50,442 bases of DNA from an uncultured Candidatus Saccharibacteria bacterium (GCA_964440975.1 CAYYKI010000003.1:1-50442); one strand, 5' to 3'. Shown: positions 35,076-46,339, counted from the stretch's first letter. The notes: generated from the sequence alone by a model not told the origin. Translations and numbers: made by a program.

Positions 35076-37547
35076 ATGGATGAACAAAGAGAATTTCAAG
35101 ATTTCATTGACCACTTAACCGACAATGCCAAACATAGCCTGCAGCATGCTGAAGGTATCGCTCGGAGTTTTGGAAGCGCCTACATTGGCACTGAACACCT
35201 ACTCCTTGGTGTGCTTGCACAAACCAGCTCAATCGGTGCGAAAGTTTTGGAATCGGTTGGGTTAACACTTGATAGGGCCAAAATCGCGCTAGACCTCACT
35301 CCCAAATCAACCATTATTCAAGTCGGAAACCGCGGACTCAGTGAAACTGCTAAGTTAACGTTAAAAATGAGCTGGGAAGTAGCGCAGGAGTTTAACCAAG
35401 ACTACTGCGGCACAGAGCATATCCTATATAGCATTCTTAATCAAAAGAATGCACGAGCGACAGTATTACTCCGCGATCTAAGTATCGATGTCGACACACT
35501 AGTAGCTGAGCTAGAGCAGTATCTTAATCGCCAACAATATGACGCAAACGACAGTAACGTTAGGGCAAAGCGCCGGCGACGTGGCGCAGGCTCGGCTTTA
35601 GACTTTTTTGGTACTGACTTAACGGCTCGAGCAAAAGCAGGCGAGCTAGATCCGGTAATTGGTCGCGAAGACCAAATAAAGCGCATGGTTACCATCCTGG
35701 GCCGACGCACAAAGAACAACCCAGTACTTATTGGCGAGCCGGGTGTCGGCAAAACTGCGATTGTTGAAGGCTTAGCGCAACGGATAGTCGATGAAGAAGT
35801 GCCTGAAGTGCTACTGGATAGAAGAATTGTCATGCTAGACCTAGCCGCAATGATCGCAGGCACAAAGTACCGTGGCGAATTTGAAGAGAGACTCAAGAAA
35901 GTCCTTGAAGAGTTGACCGACGACACTAAAACAATCGTATTTATCGATGAGATGCATTTACTCGTGGGTGCTGGTGCTGCAGAAGGTGCAATGGATGCAG
36001 GTAACATGCTCAAGCCCGCACTTGCGCGTGGCGCCATACGGATGATTGGCGCAACAACTATGGATGAATACACAAAGTACATCGAAAAAGATGCCGCGCT
36101 TGAGCGAAGATTCCAGCCGGTTATCGTACCTGAGAGTACCGTACCTGAAACCATCGCCATTCTGCGTGGGCTTAAAAAGCATTACGAAGATTTCCATGGC
36201 GTGCAAATTTCTGACGAAGTTGTTAAGGATGCGGTACATCTCGCTAAAAGGTACATCGCCGACCGTTACATGCCAGACAAAGCTATTGACCTTATTGACG
36301 AGGCTGCATCACACGCCCGAATTGAGCGCAAAAAAACGCCTATTGAGGCTCGCAAGCTACAGCGGGAACTACGTGTAGTAACAACAAGAATGGATGAAGC
36401 TGTTGATCAGGAAGATTACGAACGAGCAGCTCGATACAAAACAAGGATGAGTCAAATCAACAAGAGGCTAAGCGAAATCACTTCTTCGCAAGAAAAGAAT
36501 TTGCAGGTTACGCTCACGAGTGACGACATAGCTAACGTTGTTAAAACCATGACTGGAGTGCCGCTGACGAAGCTAAAGAAAAGCGAATCAAGCTGGCTAC
36601 TCGACCTAGACAAGTACTTGAAGAAGCACATCATCGGACAAGACGAAGCAGTAGAAGCGGTCGTTAAGGCTATTCGACGGAACCGTTCTGGGATATCAGC
36701 AGAGGGTAAGCCAATTGGTAGCTTTGTATTCCTTGGGCCGACTGGAGTAGGTAAAACTGAACTTGCACGTGTGCTTGCACGAGAATACTTTGATTCTGAA
36801 GACGCACTGATAAAAATTGATATGAGTGAGCTTTCAGAACGCCATACGGTGGCACGGCTTGTTGGTGCGCCTGCTGGATATGTTGGGTATGAAGAAGGTG
36901 GTCAATTGACTGATAAAATCCGTCGCCAACCGTACTCGTTAGTGCTCTTCGATGAGATCGAAAAAGCCCATCCTGAAGTATTTAACATTCTGCTGCAAAT
37001 CCTCGAAGATGGCTATTTGTCCGACGCTAAAGGACGGAGAGTTGATTTTAGTAATACCATCATCATCATGACCAGCAACGTTGGGGCAGATAAGTTACAA
37101 AAGGAAGTAAGTCTCGGTTTCAGAGCGACTAGCTCAAAAGACCACTCAACCTTAGACACACTGCATGATGAGGCAAGCATGGCCGTACAAGAAGATCTAA
37201 AGCGACTCATGCGGCCAGAGCTCCTTAATCGCATTGACCGAGTCATTCACTTCCGGGCCTTAACGAGAAACGATGTCCAAAAAATACTCGAGTTGCAACT
37301 TAAAGACCTGCGCAAAAGAATCTCGTCACGAGGCTTCGCGCTCAAAGTGCAACCAGCGGCAAAGAATTTATTGCTCGACAAGGGCTTTGACCCCCACAAT
37401 GGAGCCCGTCCTATGCGGAGAGCCTTGCAGGATCAAATTGAAGACGAACTGGCTCAACAAATTATTGCTGGGAATATAGGCAAAGGGCAAATATTCACTG
37501 TATCAGCACGCAAGGGCAGTATGACGTTTTCGGTTGATTCAGAATAA
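35076..37547 (+). CDS. clpC: ATP-dependent Clp protease ATP-binding subunit ClpC
   Basis: Two Clp_N repeats, two AAA+ modules ([10 protein letters not shown]; [10 protein letters not shown]), a short UVR-type middle domain ([10 protein letters not shown]) and an LGF ClpP-docking loop. Confidence 0.92.
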   Translation: MDEQREFQDFIDHLTDNAKHSLQHAEGIARSFGSAYIGTEHLLLGVLAQTSSIGAKVLESVGLTLDRAKIALDLTPKSTIIQVGNRGLSETAKLTLKMSWEVAQEFNQDYCGTEHILYSILNQKNARATVLLRDLSIDVDTLVAELEQYLNRQQYDANDSNVRAKRRRRGAGSALDFFGTDLTARAKAGELDPVIGREDQIKRMVTILGRRTKNNPVLIGEPGVGKTAIVEGLAQRIVDEEVPEVLLDRRIVMLDLAAMIAGTKYRGEFEERLKKVLEELTDDTKTIVFIDEMHLLVGAGAAEGAMDAGNMLKPALARGAIRMIGATTMDEYTKYIEKDAALERRFQPVIVPESTVPETIAILRGLKKHYEDFHGVQISDEVVKDAVHLAKRYIADRYMPDKAIDLIDEAASHARIERKKTPIEARKLQRELRVVTTRMDEAVDQEDYERAARYKTRMSQINKRLSEITSSQEKNLQVTLTSDDIANVVKTMTGVPLTKLKKSESSWLLDLDKYLKKHIIGQDEAVEAVVKAIRRNRSGISAEGKPIGSFVFLGPTGVGKTELARVLAREYFDSEDALIKIDMSELSERHTVARLVGAPAGYVGYEEGGQLTDKIRRQPYSLVLFDEIEKAHPEVFNILLQILEDGYLSDAKGRRVDFSNTIIIMTSNVGADKLQKEVSLGFRATSSKDHSTLDTLHDEASMAVQEDLKRLMRPELLNRIDRVIHFRALTRNDVQKILELQLKDLRKRISSRGFALKVQPAAKNLLLDKGFDPHNGARPMRRALQDQIEDELAQQIIAGNIGKGQIFTVSARKGSMTFSVDSE

Positions 37548-37579
37548 TACAGTGAGCAGGCGATATTGGGCTATTAGAC

Positions 37580-37588
37580 TGTTATACT
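37580..37588 (+). promoter_or_regulatory. Extended -10 promoter for the HExxH protein-radA unit
   Basis: TGtTATACT lies 7 nt upstream of ATG 37596. Confidence 0.45.
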
Positions 37589-37595
37589 AATAGGC

Positions 37596-38567
37596 ATGAC
37601 TATGCAGCGTTCTCGGTGGGTGTCTGCCCTTGGGTTAGTTATACTATTTTCAACGATTTATGTTGCAGTCTTTCATGTACGCGACATACAAGATTGGATT
37701 GCACTTCGTGGCTATCAAGCACCAGCGCAAATAGCGCAATTTGCTACCGACACCGGGATGAACCCCGACGGGCGTCGGCTGCTTTACGTGACAAAACCAC
37801 TAGTTGATAACAAAGAATCTTTTAGACAACACTGTCCGGTAATTGAAGCTACAATCGTGCTTGGTTGCTATACGGGCAACAACATTTTTATCTTACGTGT
37901 CGACGACTCCAGATTAGCAGGTGTCATGCAGGTTACCGCTGCGCACGAAATGCTTCACGCTGCGTACGATCGGCTTTCGAGCAGAGACAGAACTCGTGTG
38001 GATCGGCTATTGCAAAGCGCATTTGAAACCGTAGAGAATCCTCGTATACAGAAAGTCGTCGCCGCATACCGCGAACGCGATCCAAATGTAGTGAATAACG
38101 AACTGCACTCTATTCTTGGTACTGAAGTATCTAATCTAGGCCCCGAACTGGAGAGTTACTACCAGCGTTACTTTAGATCACGCTCTGATGTTGTAAAGCT
38201 TGCACAACAATACGCAGCCGTTTTCGAGAAAATGGAAAGCGATGTCGATACCTACGACAAACAACTAGTAGAGCTTAAAACTCAAATAGAGGAGCTTGAA
38301 CCCAAGGTTGCCGCCCAATTTAACACTGTAGATGCTGAGAGAAAGCGAATCGAAAGCCTACTGGCTGCTGGCAACATAACCCAATATAATGCTTCGATAC
38401 CCGGCTTTAATGCTCAGGTTAATGCCTATAACGCACAAGTCAACAAGCTTGCCGGGCTTGTGAATAATTACAATCGGATTGTTGCAGTACGTAATAGCAT
38501 AGCAACCACACAGCGCGAACTCACCGAAGAGCTCAGAACCGATTACCAAACAGTGGAGAAGCAATAG
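37596..38567 (+). CDS. Membrane-anchored hypothetical protein with an HExxH motif and C-terminal coiled coil
   Basis: N-terminal TM helix, AAHEMLHAAY (H117-H121, nt 37944-37958) and a long heptad-like C-terminal region with NAQVNAYNAQVN. Its stop overlaps the radA GTG by 1 nt. Confidence 0.7.
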   Translation: MTMQRSRWVSALGLVILFSTIYVAVFHVRDIQDWIALRGYQAPAQIAQFATDTGMNPDGRRLLYVTKPLVDNKESFRQHCPVIEATIVLGCYTGNNIFILRVDDSRLAGVMQVTAAHEMLHAAYDRLSSRDRTRVDRLLQSAFETVENPRIQKVVAAYRERDPNVVNNELHSILGTEVSNLGPELESYYQRYFRSRSDVVKLAQQYAAVFEKMESDVDTYDKQLVELKTQIEELEPKVAAQFNTVDAERKRIESLLAAGNITQYNASIPGFNAQVNAYNAQVNKLAGLVNNYNRIVAVRNSIATTQRELTEELRTDYQTVEKQ

Positions 38568-39916
38568 TGGCCAAGGCAATAAAACCTAGTTACATCTGTT
38601 CCAGTTGTGGAACCTCGACGCCCAAGTGGTCTGGTCGATGTGAAAGTTGTGGTGCATGGAACAGCTTGGAACAGCAGAGCAGCACAGCCATAAGTACCAC
38701 CGGATCGGCGCTACAGGCAACGCTAATAAAAGATATGGCGGAGGTGCCTGCAGCAGATCGAATGGCGACCGGACTGGTAGATGTTGACGCCGTATTGGGC
38801 GGTGGTTTTGTTGCCGGCAGTGTCTTATTGATTACTGGTCAGCCTGGTATTGGCAAATCTACCCTGTTGCAGCAAATAGCCCATACAGTCGCCCACAATT
38901 CGTCTGTGCTATATGTAAGTGGCGAGGAGTCAGCACAGCAAGTGTACTTACGCAGCTTACGACTCGGTGCAAAGAAAACCGACGGTCTGTCGATTGCAAA
39001 TGCGAGTAGTGCAGATGATATCGCTGCAAGTATGCTGAGCGGCAAGTATGCATTAACGGTAGTAGACTCAGTGCAAACTATCCAAACAGCAGCAGTTCCT
39101 ACCAGCCCAGGTAGTCCGACGCAGATCATGCAGAGTGCCCAGCTACTCATGAAGGCTGCAAAAGCCTCAAACACTACTCTAATTCTGGTTGGACACGTTA
39201 CCAAGGAGGGTGACATGGCAGGACCTAAGCTACTCGAACACCTTGTTGATGTTGTACTCACCCTCGAAGGTGACAGATATGGTGGATTTAAGATCCTTCG
39301 CTCACTCAAAAACCGCTTTGGCTCAACGCAGGAATCAGGAATTTTTGAAACAACCGAGCAGGGATTGGTACCCGTAGCTAATCCTTCTGCCGCACTACTA
39401 GCAGAGCGCCAAATCAGCGACGGATCGGTTGTTTTAGCAACCATGGAAGGGAGTAGACCCCTGCTAGTAGAAGTTCAGGCTCTCGTTACGCCAACTAGCT
39501 TTGGCTACCCTAAGCGTACCGCTTCAGGCTACGATCTTAATCGCCTAAGCTTACTAATTGCGATGATCTCGCGACGGACCAAGCTCAACCTGAGTGAGTC
39601 CGATGTATTTATTAATATTGTCGGCGGCCTACGCGTCACTGAACCAGCCGCAGACTTAGCCATTTGCTTAGCGATAGCCTCGGCGGCTAAGGGCGTGCAG
39701 CTATCAGATGATTTTGTGGTCTTTGGAGAAGTTGGCCTGTCGGGTGAGGTGCGGCGTGTTCCATTTACCGAGAGTCGACTGCGTGAAGTGAAAAAACTTG
39801 GCTTTAAAGGCGCCATCGGACCGTCCATCTCACCAAAGCCTGCTGGTCTACATACTGTAAAGAACATCCAAGAAGCAGTCGCTATTTCGCTGCAACAGGC
39901 AACGAAAAGGTCTTAA
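38567..39916 (+). CDS. radA: DNA repair protein RadA/Sms
   Basis: CxxC...CxxC zinc finger, GQPGIGKSTLL Walker A, KNRFG motif and a Lon-like C-terminal domain. GTG start. Confidence 0.94.
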   Translation: MAKAIKPSYICSSCGTSTPKWSGRCESCGAWNSLEQQSSTAISTTGSALQATLIKDMAEVPAADRMATGLVDVDAVLGGGFVAGSVLLITGQPGIGKSTLLQQIAHTVAHNSSVLYVSGEESAQQVYLRSLRLGAKKTDGLSIANASSADDIAASMLSGKYALTVVDSVQTIQTAAVPTSPGSPTQIMQSAQLLMKAAKASNTTLILVGHVTKEGDMAGPKLLEHLVDVVLTLEGDRYGGFKILRSLKNRFGSTQESGIFETTEQGLVPVANPSAALLAERQISDGSVVLATMEGSRPLLVEVQALVTPTSFGYPKRTASGYDLNRLSLLIAMISRRTKLNLSESDVFINIVGGLRVTEPAADLAICLAIASAAKGVQLSDDFVVFGEVGLSGEVRRVPFTESRLREVKKLGFKGAIGPSISPKPAGLHTVKNIQEAVAISLQQATKRS

Positions 39917-42852
39917 CGACTAAAACTGACGTTGGCAGAACTGAGTGCTCCACCCGAGCAGCCGGCAGCAGAGTAAGCCGTTATTGTGGCGGTATAGTTA
40001 CCGCTTCCCATACCAACATTTTTGGACGTACCTGACTCACAGGAATTATTTGCGCCTCCCGATACTACGAGTCGATACGACACTGCACCCGATACTGATT
40101 GCCAGGAGAAGGCTACAGGACTGGCAACTCCGGTAGCTCCATTGCTAGGCGAAATGAATGCAGGGCTATTCCCGCCAATTGTCTGGCTCTTTTCATCTAC
40201 CGCGTCGTACAAGCCTTTATCTATTGCCTCTACCTTGAATGTATGGCTGCCGGAACTCAATCCACTCGGCGTGAATTCATATGTGCCGCCTCCAACATTC
40301 TGGCTCGACACAATTTGGCCATCAACGATAAAGTTCAGTACATCCATCGCAAATGTTCCTTGTGTGACCGTTGCCGTCATTTTACCGGTAGCAGACACAG
40401 AGAGACTTACGCTCGGTTTGGCATCACTACATTTGTGCACATCATCCTTGTCTGCCGGTGCGGCACCATCGCCACCACCACCGGCTTGCGGAAACTTGGT
40501 TTTTACACCTGCCAACCAGCGACCGTAAGCTGGATCTGATGACGGAATTTCTGCATCAACCCGACCGGCACCAGTCATTTCTTTACGAGCACGTTGCGGT
40601 GTGCAGTCGGTGGCAAGCTTATTACTAACAGAATCAATCGTGTACTTACTGTTTGATGATGCTTTCTTGGGCGTAAAGAACGAGGCAAACCTGTCAACTT
40701 TTCCACCATTATCAACTTGATAGCCCGTGGTTGAATCCAGTCGGATTTCTTTAATGCCAGCAGGCTTGTTGAACTTTTCGTCTTGCATACCCTTGTGCGC
40801 TTCGGCCATATATTGTGACCACATTGGGCCTGTTTGCAGATGAGTCGTACTGTTCATGGCGCGGTTATCGTGATTGCCGACCCAAACGCCGGTAATAATT
40901 CGAGTCGAGTAGCCCATCATCCAACCGTCTTTAGCGTCGTTTGTCGTACCTGTTTTAGCGGCGGTTGTTTGGCCAGGAATCGTAAAGCCTCTTGCGTTTG
41001 CACCAAACGTTGGTGCGCGAGCACCGTTATCCGACAGGATGTCATTTATGTTGTAGGCGATCTGCTCATCTATGAGTCGCTTACCCTCTGTATCTTTCCA
41101 TTCTTTCAGAACTTTGCCAGTAGGACTTTCTACTTTTAAGACATACGCTTGCGGTTTATACACGCCACCACGAGCAAATAGTGTGTAAGCGTGCGTATGC
41201 TCGGCTAGTTTTACCTCTGCACCACCAATGGCCATTGATAGTCCTACTTGGGGACAGCCGTCAGTACAAAACGACTTTTCGCCGGCTTGCTGTATGAACT
41301 TCATGACGTTTTCTTGGCCAGCAATATACATAGCCTTAATCGCAGGAATGTTGCGCGACTCGGCCAGTGCCGATCGAATACTCATATTACCGCGATAGCC
41401 TTTGTCGAAGTTTTGTGGTTTGTATGCACCAAAGTCGGTTGGCACATCATACATTATGGACCCAGGACCCCATTTGCCTGTTTCAAATAGCTTGGCGTAT
41501 TCAAACGGTTTTATCGATGAACCTGGCTGACGCAGTGCCTGTGCAGCGTCAAAGTTACCGTATCCTGGGTGGCTATAACCTCGACTTCCAACGTAGGCGA
41601 GCACCTGACCGGTTTTAATATCTTCCGAAACTAAGGCTGCGTTATCTCCCTTTGGTTCAACGTATTTCATGTTGTCGGCCATCGCCTTCTCGGCGGCCTT
41701 CTGCTTGTCGTAGTCAAGTGTCGTTATGACTTTAAGGCCACCGTTGAGTACTGTATTGGCTCCGAGTTCAGCCTCGAGCTGTTTTTGAGCCTCCTTTACA
41801 AAATGCGGCGAGTCAATATTAGCTTCACCACTTTTCTGATCAAGCGGGATTACCTTGGCCATAGTGTCAACTTTTTTGGCTTCATCGGCTTCTTCCTTTT
41901 TGATATAACCTTGATCCTTCATCAAGTCCAGCACTCTATTACGTTTCAACACTAGTGCATCGGTGTTGTCGCCGTATGGAGAAAAATACGTAGGTGACTG
42001 CGGGATAGATGCCAGCAGGGCAGCCTCGTCCAATGTTAAATCTTTCGAATTCTTTTTAAAGAAGCTTTTACTTGCTGACTCAATACCGTACTCATTTGGA
42101 CCACCGTAGGGGATTTGATTTAAATAGAAGGCAAGTATCTGATCCTTTGAGTAGTTTCGCTCAATCTCTTCGGATAAAATAAGCTCTTTGATTTTGCGGG
42201 TGTAGGTACGCTCATTGGAAAGCAGAGCATTCTTTACAAACTGTTGGGTTATCGTTGAACCACCTTGTTGTGGACGGCCGAGTACGTTGTTGACGCCGGC
42301 TCGTATGAAACCAGTAAGGCTAAAGCCGCCGTGCTTATAAAAGTCCTTATCCTCGAGGGCGACCGTCGCGTTTCGTATATACGGCGACATGTCTTTAAAC
42401 TCTATGATGGTGCGATTTTCTTTACCTGACGTCTGGTACAACAAATGCTGACCGCTTCGATCATAAAAACGGGTCGCTTGTTTAATCTTAGCGAGCTCGG
42501 CGTTAATATCGGTCGGTAAATCTTTTCTAAAGTATGCATACAATCCGACGCACAGGATTATAAAGGCAGCGATACCGATTCCAGTGATTTTTAAAATCTG
42601 AATCATTCCGTCCCGGGACGTAACATATGACCAGACGTTCTTTGGATGAAGACGCCACAGTACCCGCTTAATCCGACCCTTCGGCATCAATGCGCGACGA
42701 TCGGCCTTACGACGAGACTTTGCATCCTTGCGTTGCTTGATGCGATGTACGAGATTGGCATTTTGCCGAACACTAGTCGACGCATGCTTTGCGGTTTCAC
42801 CAGCTACTTTGTGTGATCGGCGCCCACGCCTACGAAGCGGGTTTCGTTCCAT
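39913..42852 (-). CDS. Class A penicillin-binding protein (PBP1A-type transglycosylase/transpeptidase) with C-terminal Ig/FN3-like domains
   Basis: GT51 motifs (EDKDFYKHGG, GGSTITQQ), TPase motifs (SSIKP, SRN, KTGT), a long basic cytoplasmic N-tail and about 200 aa of beta-rich C-terminal repeats. Confidence 0.92.
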   Translation of the reverse strand: MERNPLRRRGRRSHKVAGETAKHASTSVRQNANLVHRIKQRKDAKSRRKADRRALMPKGRIKRVLWRLHPKNVWSYVTSRDGMIQILKITGIGIAAFIILCVGLYAYFRKDLPTDINAELAKIKQATRFYDRSGQHLLYQTSGKENRTIIEFKDMSPYIRNATVALEDKDFYKHGGFSLTGFIRAGVNNVLGRPQQGGSTITQQFVKNALLSNERTYTRKIKELILSEEIERNYSKDQILAFYLNQIPYGGPNEYGIESASKSFFKKNSKDLTLDEAALLASIPQSPTYFSPYGDNTDALVLKRNRVLDLMKDQGYIKKEEADEAKKVDTMAKVIPLDQKSGEANIDSPHFVKEAQKQLEAELGANTVLNGGLKVITTLDYDKQKAAEKAMADNMKYVEPKGDNAALVSEDIKTGQVLAYVGSRGYSHPGYGNFDAAQALRQPGSSIKPFEYAKLFETGKWGPGSIMYDVPTDFGAYKPQNFDKGYRGNMSIRSALAESRNIPAIKAMYIAGQENVMKFIQQAGEKSFCTDGCPQVGLSMAIGGAEVKLAEHTHAYTLFARGGVYKPQAYVLKVESPTGKVLKEWKDTEGKRLIDEQIAYNINDILSDNGARAPTFGANARGFTIPGQTTAAKTGTTNDAKDGWMMGYSTRIITGVWVGNHDNRAMNSTTHLQTGPMWSQYMAEAHKGMQDEKFNKPAGIKEIRLDSTTGYQVDNGGKVDRFASFFTPKKASSNSKYTIDSVSNKLATDCTPQRARKEMTGAGRVDAEIPSSDPAYGRWLAGVKTKFPQAGGGGDGAAPADKDDVHKCSDAKPSVSLSVSATGKMTATVTQGTFAMDVLNFIVDGQIVSSQNVGGGTYEFTPSGLSSGSHTFKVEAIDKGLYDAVDEKSQTIGGNSPAFISPSNGATGVASPVAFSWQSVSGAVSYRLVVSGGANNSCESGTSKNVGMGSGNYTATITAYSAAGCSGGALSSANVSFSR

Positions 42853-42998
42853 CAGATTGTGTGACCCTCTCTTGATTACTATTAGCAGTATAACCGATGT
42901 TAGCGATGCATGGTAGATTGCGGTATAGTGAATAGCATGGTACGCAATTCGGTTGCACTAATTATACCGCAAAACGCTAGAAAACAAGGACTAATCAA

Positions 42999-44246
42999 AT
43001 GACGCTAAGCGAAGAATTACGGTGGCGAGGGTTTGTAAATCAGACGACGCTCGAAGATCCAAAACTACTCGATAGTAACCCGCTGTCTATTTATCTAGGA
43101 GTTGACCCTAGCGCGAACTCCATGACTGTCGGCAACCTTGCAGTAATAATGATGGTGAAGCACTTCCAACGTGCAGGACACACTGTCTATATGCTGGTTG
43201 GCGGGGCCACGGGTATGATTGGCGATCCAGGTGGTAAGGATGCAGAACGTACGCTGCAGCCACTTGAAACAATTGCTGAAAATAAAAAGGCCATTGCAGC
43301 TCAGTACGACCAAGTACTTGGCAAGGACACCTACACACTGGTCGATAACTATGATTGGTTCAAAGATATTACCGTGCTAGATTTTCTGCGTGATACTGGC
43401 AAACATTTCTCTGTGACGCAAATGCTCGATCGGGATTTTGTTTCCAGCAGAATAGGAAAAGGTGGGACTGGAATTAGTTACGCAGAGTTTAGTTACGCGC
43501 TGATACAAGGCTACGACTTTTTGCATTTATTTCGTGAGCACGGTGTAAGCATGCAAATATGCGGCGCTGACCAGTGGGGAAACGCCATTAGTGGCATAGA
43601 TCTTATCCGAAAAGTTACTGGTAAGGAAGCGCACGTCTGGTCTGCACCGTTAGTCATCAACAAGGCGACTGGCAAAAAATTTGGTAAGTCAGAAGGCGGG
43701 GCAGTGTGGCTCGACTCCAAACAAACCTCGGTTTATGATTTTTACCAATTCTGGCTGAACGTTGATGATGAAGGGGTAGCAGAATACTTGAAAATTTACA
43801 CATTGCTCAGCAGAGACGATATAGATACGCTTGCGCAAGCCACCAAGAATACACCCGAAGCACGAGAAGCACAAAAAGCACTCGCTTACGAAGTAACCGC
43901 TACAGTGCATGGCGCCTCCGCCGCAGATTCAGTCCAGCGCATTAGCCAGGTGTTATTCGGGAACGACTCCTACCAGAGCCTTACCGGGCAAGATTTTGAC
44001 CTCCTCAAACAGCAACTTCCATCCGTAGAAGCGAAAGTAGGCGACGCTGTAATGCCGCATCTTGTCCAATCCAAGCTGGCCAATTCTAACTCTGAAGCAC
44101 GCCGCTTCCTCCAGGACGGAGCCGTCTACCTTAACGGTGAACAACTCGGTGCAGACACTACTCTAGGCAACAACCATGTAATTCATGGACATGCGATACT
44201 GCGGCGAGGCAAGAATGCTAGCGCAGTACTTGTAATAGCTAGCTAG
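42999..44246 (+). CDS. tyrS: Tyrosine--tRNA ligase
   Basis: GVDPSANS...VGGATGMIGDP, KFGKS (KMSKS-type) and a C-terminal S4 domain. The HIGH position reads TVGN. Confidence 0.92.
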   Translation: MTLSEELRWRGFVNQTTLEDPKLLDSNPLSIYLGVDPSANSMTVGNLAVIMMVKHFQRAGHTVYMLVGGATGMIGDPGGKDAERTLQPLETIAENKKAIAAQYDQVLGKDTYTLVDNYDWFKDITVLDFLRDTGKHFSVTQMLDRDFVSSRIGKGGTGISYAEFSYALIQGYDFLHLFREHGVSMQICGADQWGNAISGIDLIRKVTGKEAHVWSAPLVINKATGKKFGKSEGGAVWLDSKQTSVYDFYQFWLNVDDEGVAEYLKIYTLLSRDDIDTLAQATKNTPEAREAQKALAYEVTATVHGASAADSVQRISQVLFGNDSYQSLTGQDFDLLKQQLPSVEAKVGDAVMPHLVQSKLANSNSEARRFLQDGAVYLNGEQLGADTTLGNNHVIHGHAILRRGKNASAVLVIAS

Positions 44247-44314
44247 CTGTTGGCTTCCCAATGTAGCACGCAAATAGTGTCGAGGACGCCTAAACGTGCG
44301 AATATACTTGATAC

Positions 44315-46339
44315 ATGACTCTATCTTCACCAATTAGTGATCTTAAAGGGGTGGGGCCTCAGACCCTGCCGTTACTCAAGCGACTTAAAATCGCTACGAT
44401 TGGCGACCTCATAAACCATTGGCCGCGCAGATTTGAAGACTATTCTCAAGTCTCGAAGATAAAGGACATTGTGCCCGGTGCTGTCAGTTTGCAAATTACT
44501 TTTGATACAGCAAAAGCACGGTACGTGCGCCGTGGCTTACATATCACCGAAGCTGCGGCTCGTGATGATACTGGAGCGGTAAAAGTTGTTTGGTTCAACC
44601 AGCCGTATCGAAAAGATCACCTAAAACATGGGGTGGAATACTTTTTGACTGGAGAGCTGGTATTTAGCCGTGGGCAATTTAGTATCACCAACCCAGCCAT
44701 CGAGCTCGTCAGCGATCTGCCAGCAAATACAGCGCGGGTATTGCCCAAATACCGAGAAACCAAAGGATTGACATCAAACACCCTACGAAAACTCATGAAA
44801 GCCGCGCTACCCCTCATGCGTCATTTACCCGAAAATCTACCAGACTGGATTGTCGAAACTGCTGATCTTATTCACCATGCTGATGCTATTGTTGGCATTC
44901 ACTTTCCTGAAAGCTTAGAGGCACTGACCGTTGCAAAGCGCCGGTTGGCCTTCGAGGAAGCTTTTAGTCTTACCCTTGCGAGCTTAATTGCACGACAACA
45001 AAACGAGCTAGTTCCGGCACCAGCTATACCATTTTCAGAAAAAGCCGTTAAACAGTTCATTGATAAGCTACCATTTTCCCTTACGGACCATCAACGTGCA
45101 GTAAGCTGGCAGGCTATTAAGGATATGCAGCGAACCATTGCAATGAATAGGCTCATAGAAGGTGACGTCGGTTCCGGCAAAACGGTAGTCGCTGCACTTT
45201 GTGCGCTTAATGCCATCGAGAGCGGTTATCAATCGCTACTACTTGCCCCAACAGAACTGTTAGCCCGCCAACACTACAAGACACTAAGCAACCTACTTGG
45301 CAAAAAACGCGTGCATTTGTTAGTTGGTAGTTTAACAGCCAAGGAAAAGCGCCAAGTCAAGGAACTATCCGGATCACATCAAAACGATCTCATAATTGGC
45401 ACACACGCTCTGCTAGAAAGCGACCTTACCCTCGAAAACCTTGGTCTGGTTGTCATTGATGAACAACACCGCTTTGGCGTACGACAGCGTCAGCGGTTAC
45501 TCGAAAAGGCGCAGCATGCACCACACGTCTTATCTTTGACGGCAACCCCGATTCCGCGCAGTCTTGCGCTTACGCTTTACGGCGAAATGGACATCAGTGT
45601 CATCGCACAAAAGCCGATTGGGCGAAAACCTATCATAACCGATATTGCCTCACCAGATTCTCGCGAACAACTCTATAAAAAGGTAGACGAGCAGCTGGCA
45701 AATGGGGCACAGGCATATGTTGTGTGCCCACTTATTATGCAGTCTGATGTTGTAAAGCATATGAGCGTGACCGATATATATGAACTGCTGTGCAAAAAGT
45801 ATCTTCCCCAAAGAAGTATCGGCCTCCTACACGGCAAATTAAAGGCCATTGAAAAAGAATCGATGATGCAAGCCTTTGTAGATAAAAAAATCGACGTCCT
45901 CGTTAGTACAACCGTTATTGAAGTCGGTGTCGACGTCCCAAATGCCAGCGTTATGGTGATAGAAGGTGCTGATGCGTTCGGTCTGGCGCAGCTCCATCAA
46001 CTGCGTGGGCGAGTGGGCAGAGGATCGGAGCAAGCATATTGTTACTTAGTACCAAGCACATCGGAGAAACCTAGTAGACGGCTGCGCGCGATGGTAACTA
46101 CCAGCGACGGCTTCAAACTTGCTGAGCTCGATTTGCATTTACGTGGTGCCGGGCAAATATATGGGACAGTCCAGCATGGAGCGCTCGATTTGCGTATGAT
46201 CCAGCTGAGTGACACAGCTCTTATTGCCGAAACAAGGCAACTGGCACAAGCCTTTTTAGATAAAGGCGAAAAGCTGGTAGACTATCCTCAGCTGGCCGAG
46301 CAGATTGATAAGCTCCGCACGGTAACCGTCCTTAACTAG
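44315..46339 (+). CDS. recG: ATP-dependent DNA helicase RecG
   Basis: Wedge/OB N-terminal domain, GDVGSGKT, DEQHRFG and QLRGRVGRG. Confidence 0.94.
   Translation: MTLSSPISDLKGVGPQTLPLLKRLKIATIGDLINHWPRRFEDYSQVSKIKDIVPGAVSLQITFDTAKARYVRRGLHITEAAARDDTGAVKVVWFNQPYRKDHLKHGVEYFLTGELVFSRGQFSITNPAIELVSDLPANTARVLPKYRETKGLTSNTLRKLMKAALPLMRHLPENLPDWIVETADLIHHADAIVGIHFPESLEALTVAKRRLAFEEAFSLTLASLIARQQNELVPAPAIPFSEKAVKQFIDKLPFSLTDHQRAVSWQAIKDMQRTIAMNRLIEGDVGSGKTVVAALCALNAIESGYQSLLLAPTELLARQHYKTLSNLLGKKRVHLLVGSLTAKEKRQVKELSGSHQNDLIIGTHALLESDLTLENLGLVVIDEQHRFGVRQRQRLLEKAQHAPHVLSLTATPIPRSLALTLYGEMDISVIAQKPIGRKPIITDIASPDSREQLYKKVDEQLANGAQAYVVCPLIMQSDVVKHMSVTDIYELLCKKYLPQRSIGLLHGKLKAIEKESMMQAFVDKKIDVLVSTTVIEVGVDVPNASVMVIEGADAFGLAQLHQLRGRVGRGSEQAYCYLVPSTSEKPSRRLRAMVTTSDGFKLAELDLHLRGAGQIYGTVQHGALDLRMIQLSDTALIAETRQLAQAFLDKGEKLVDYPQLAEQIDKLRTVTVLN

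Noticed and set aside
42853-42998. The possibility of a T-box riboswitch in the tyrS leader.
   Set aside because: The whole divergent intergenic region is 146 nt and must also hold the PBP1A promoter. The tyrS leader from the TATAGT box (42924-42929) is about 65 nt, far too short for a T-box. No T-box sequence or terminator/antiterminator pair is visible.
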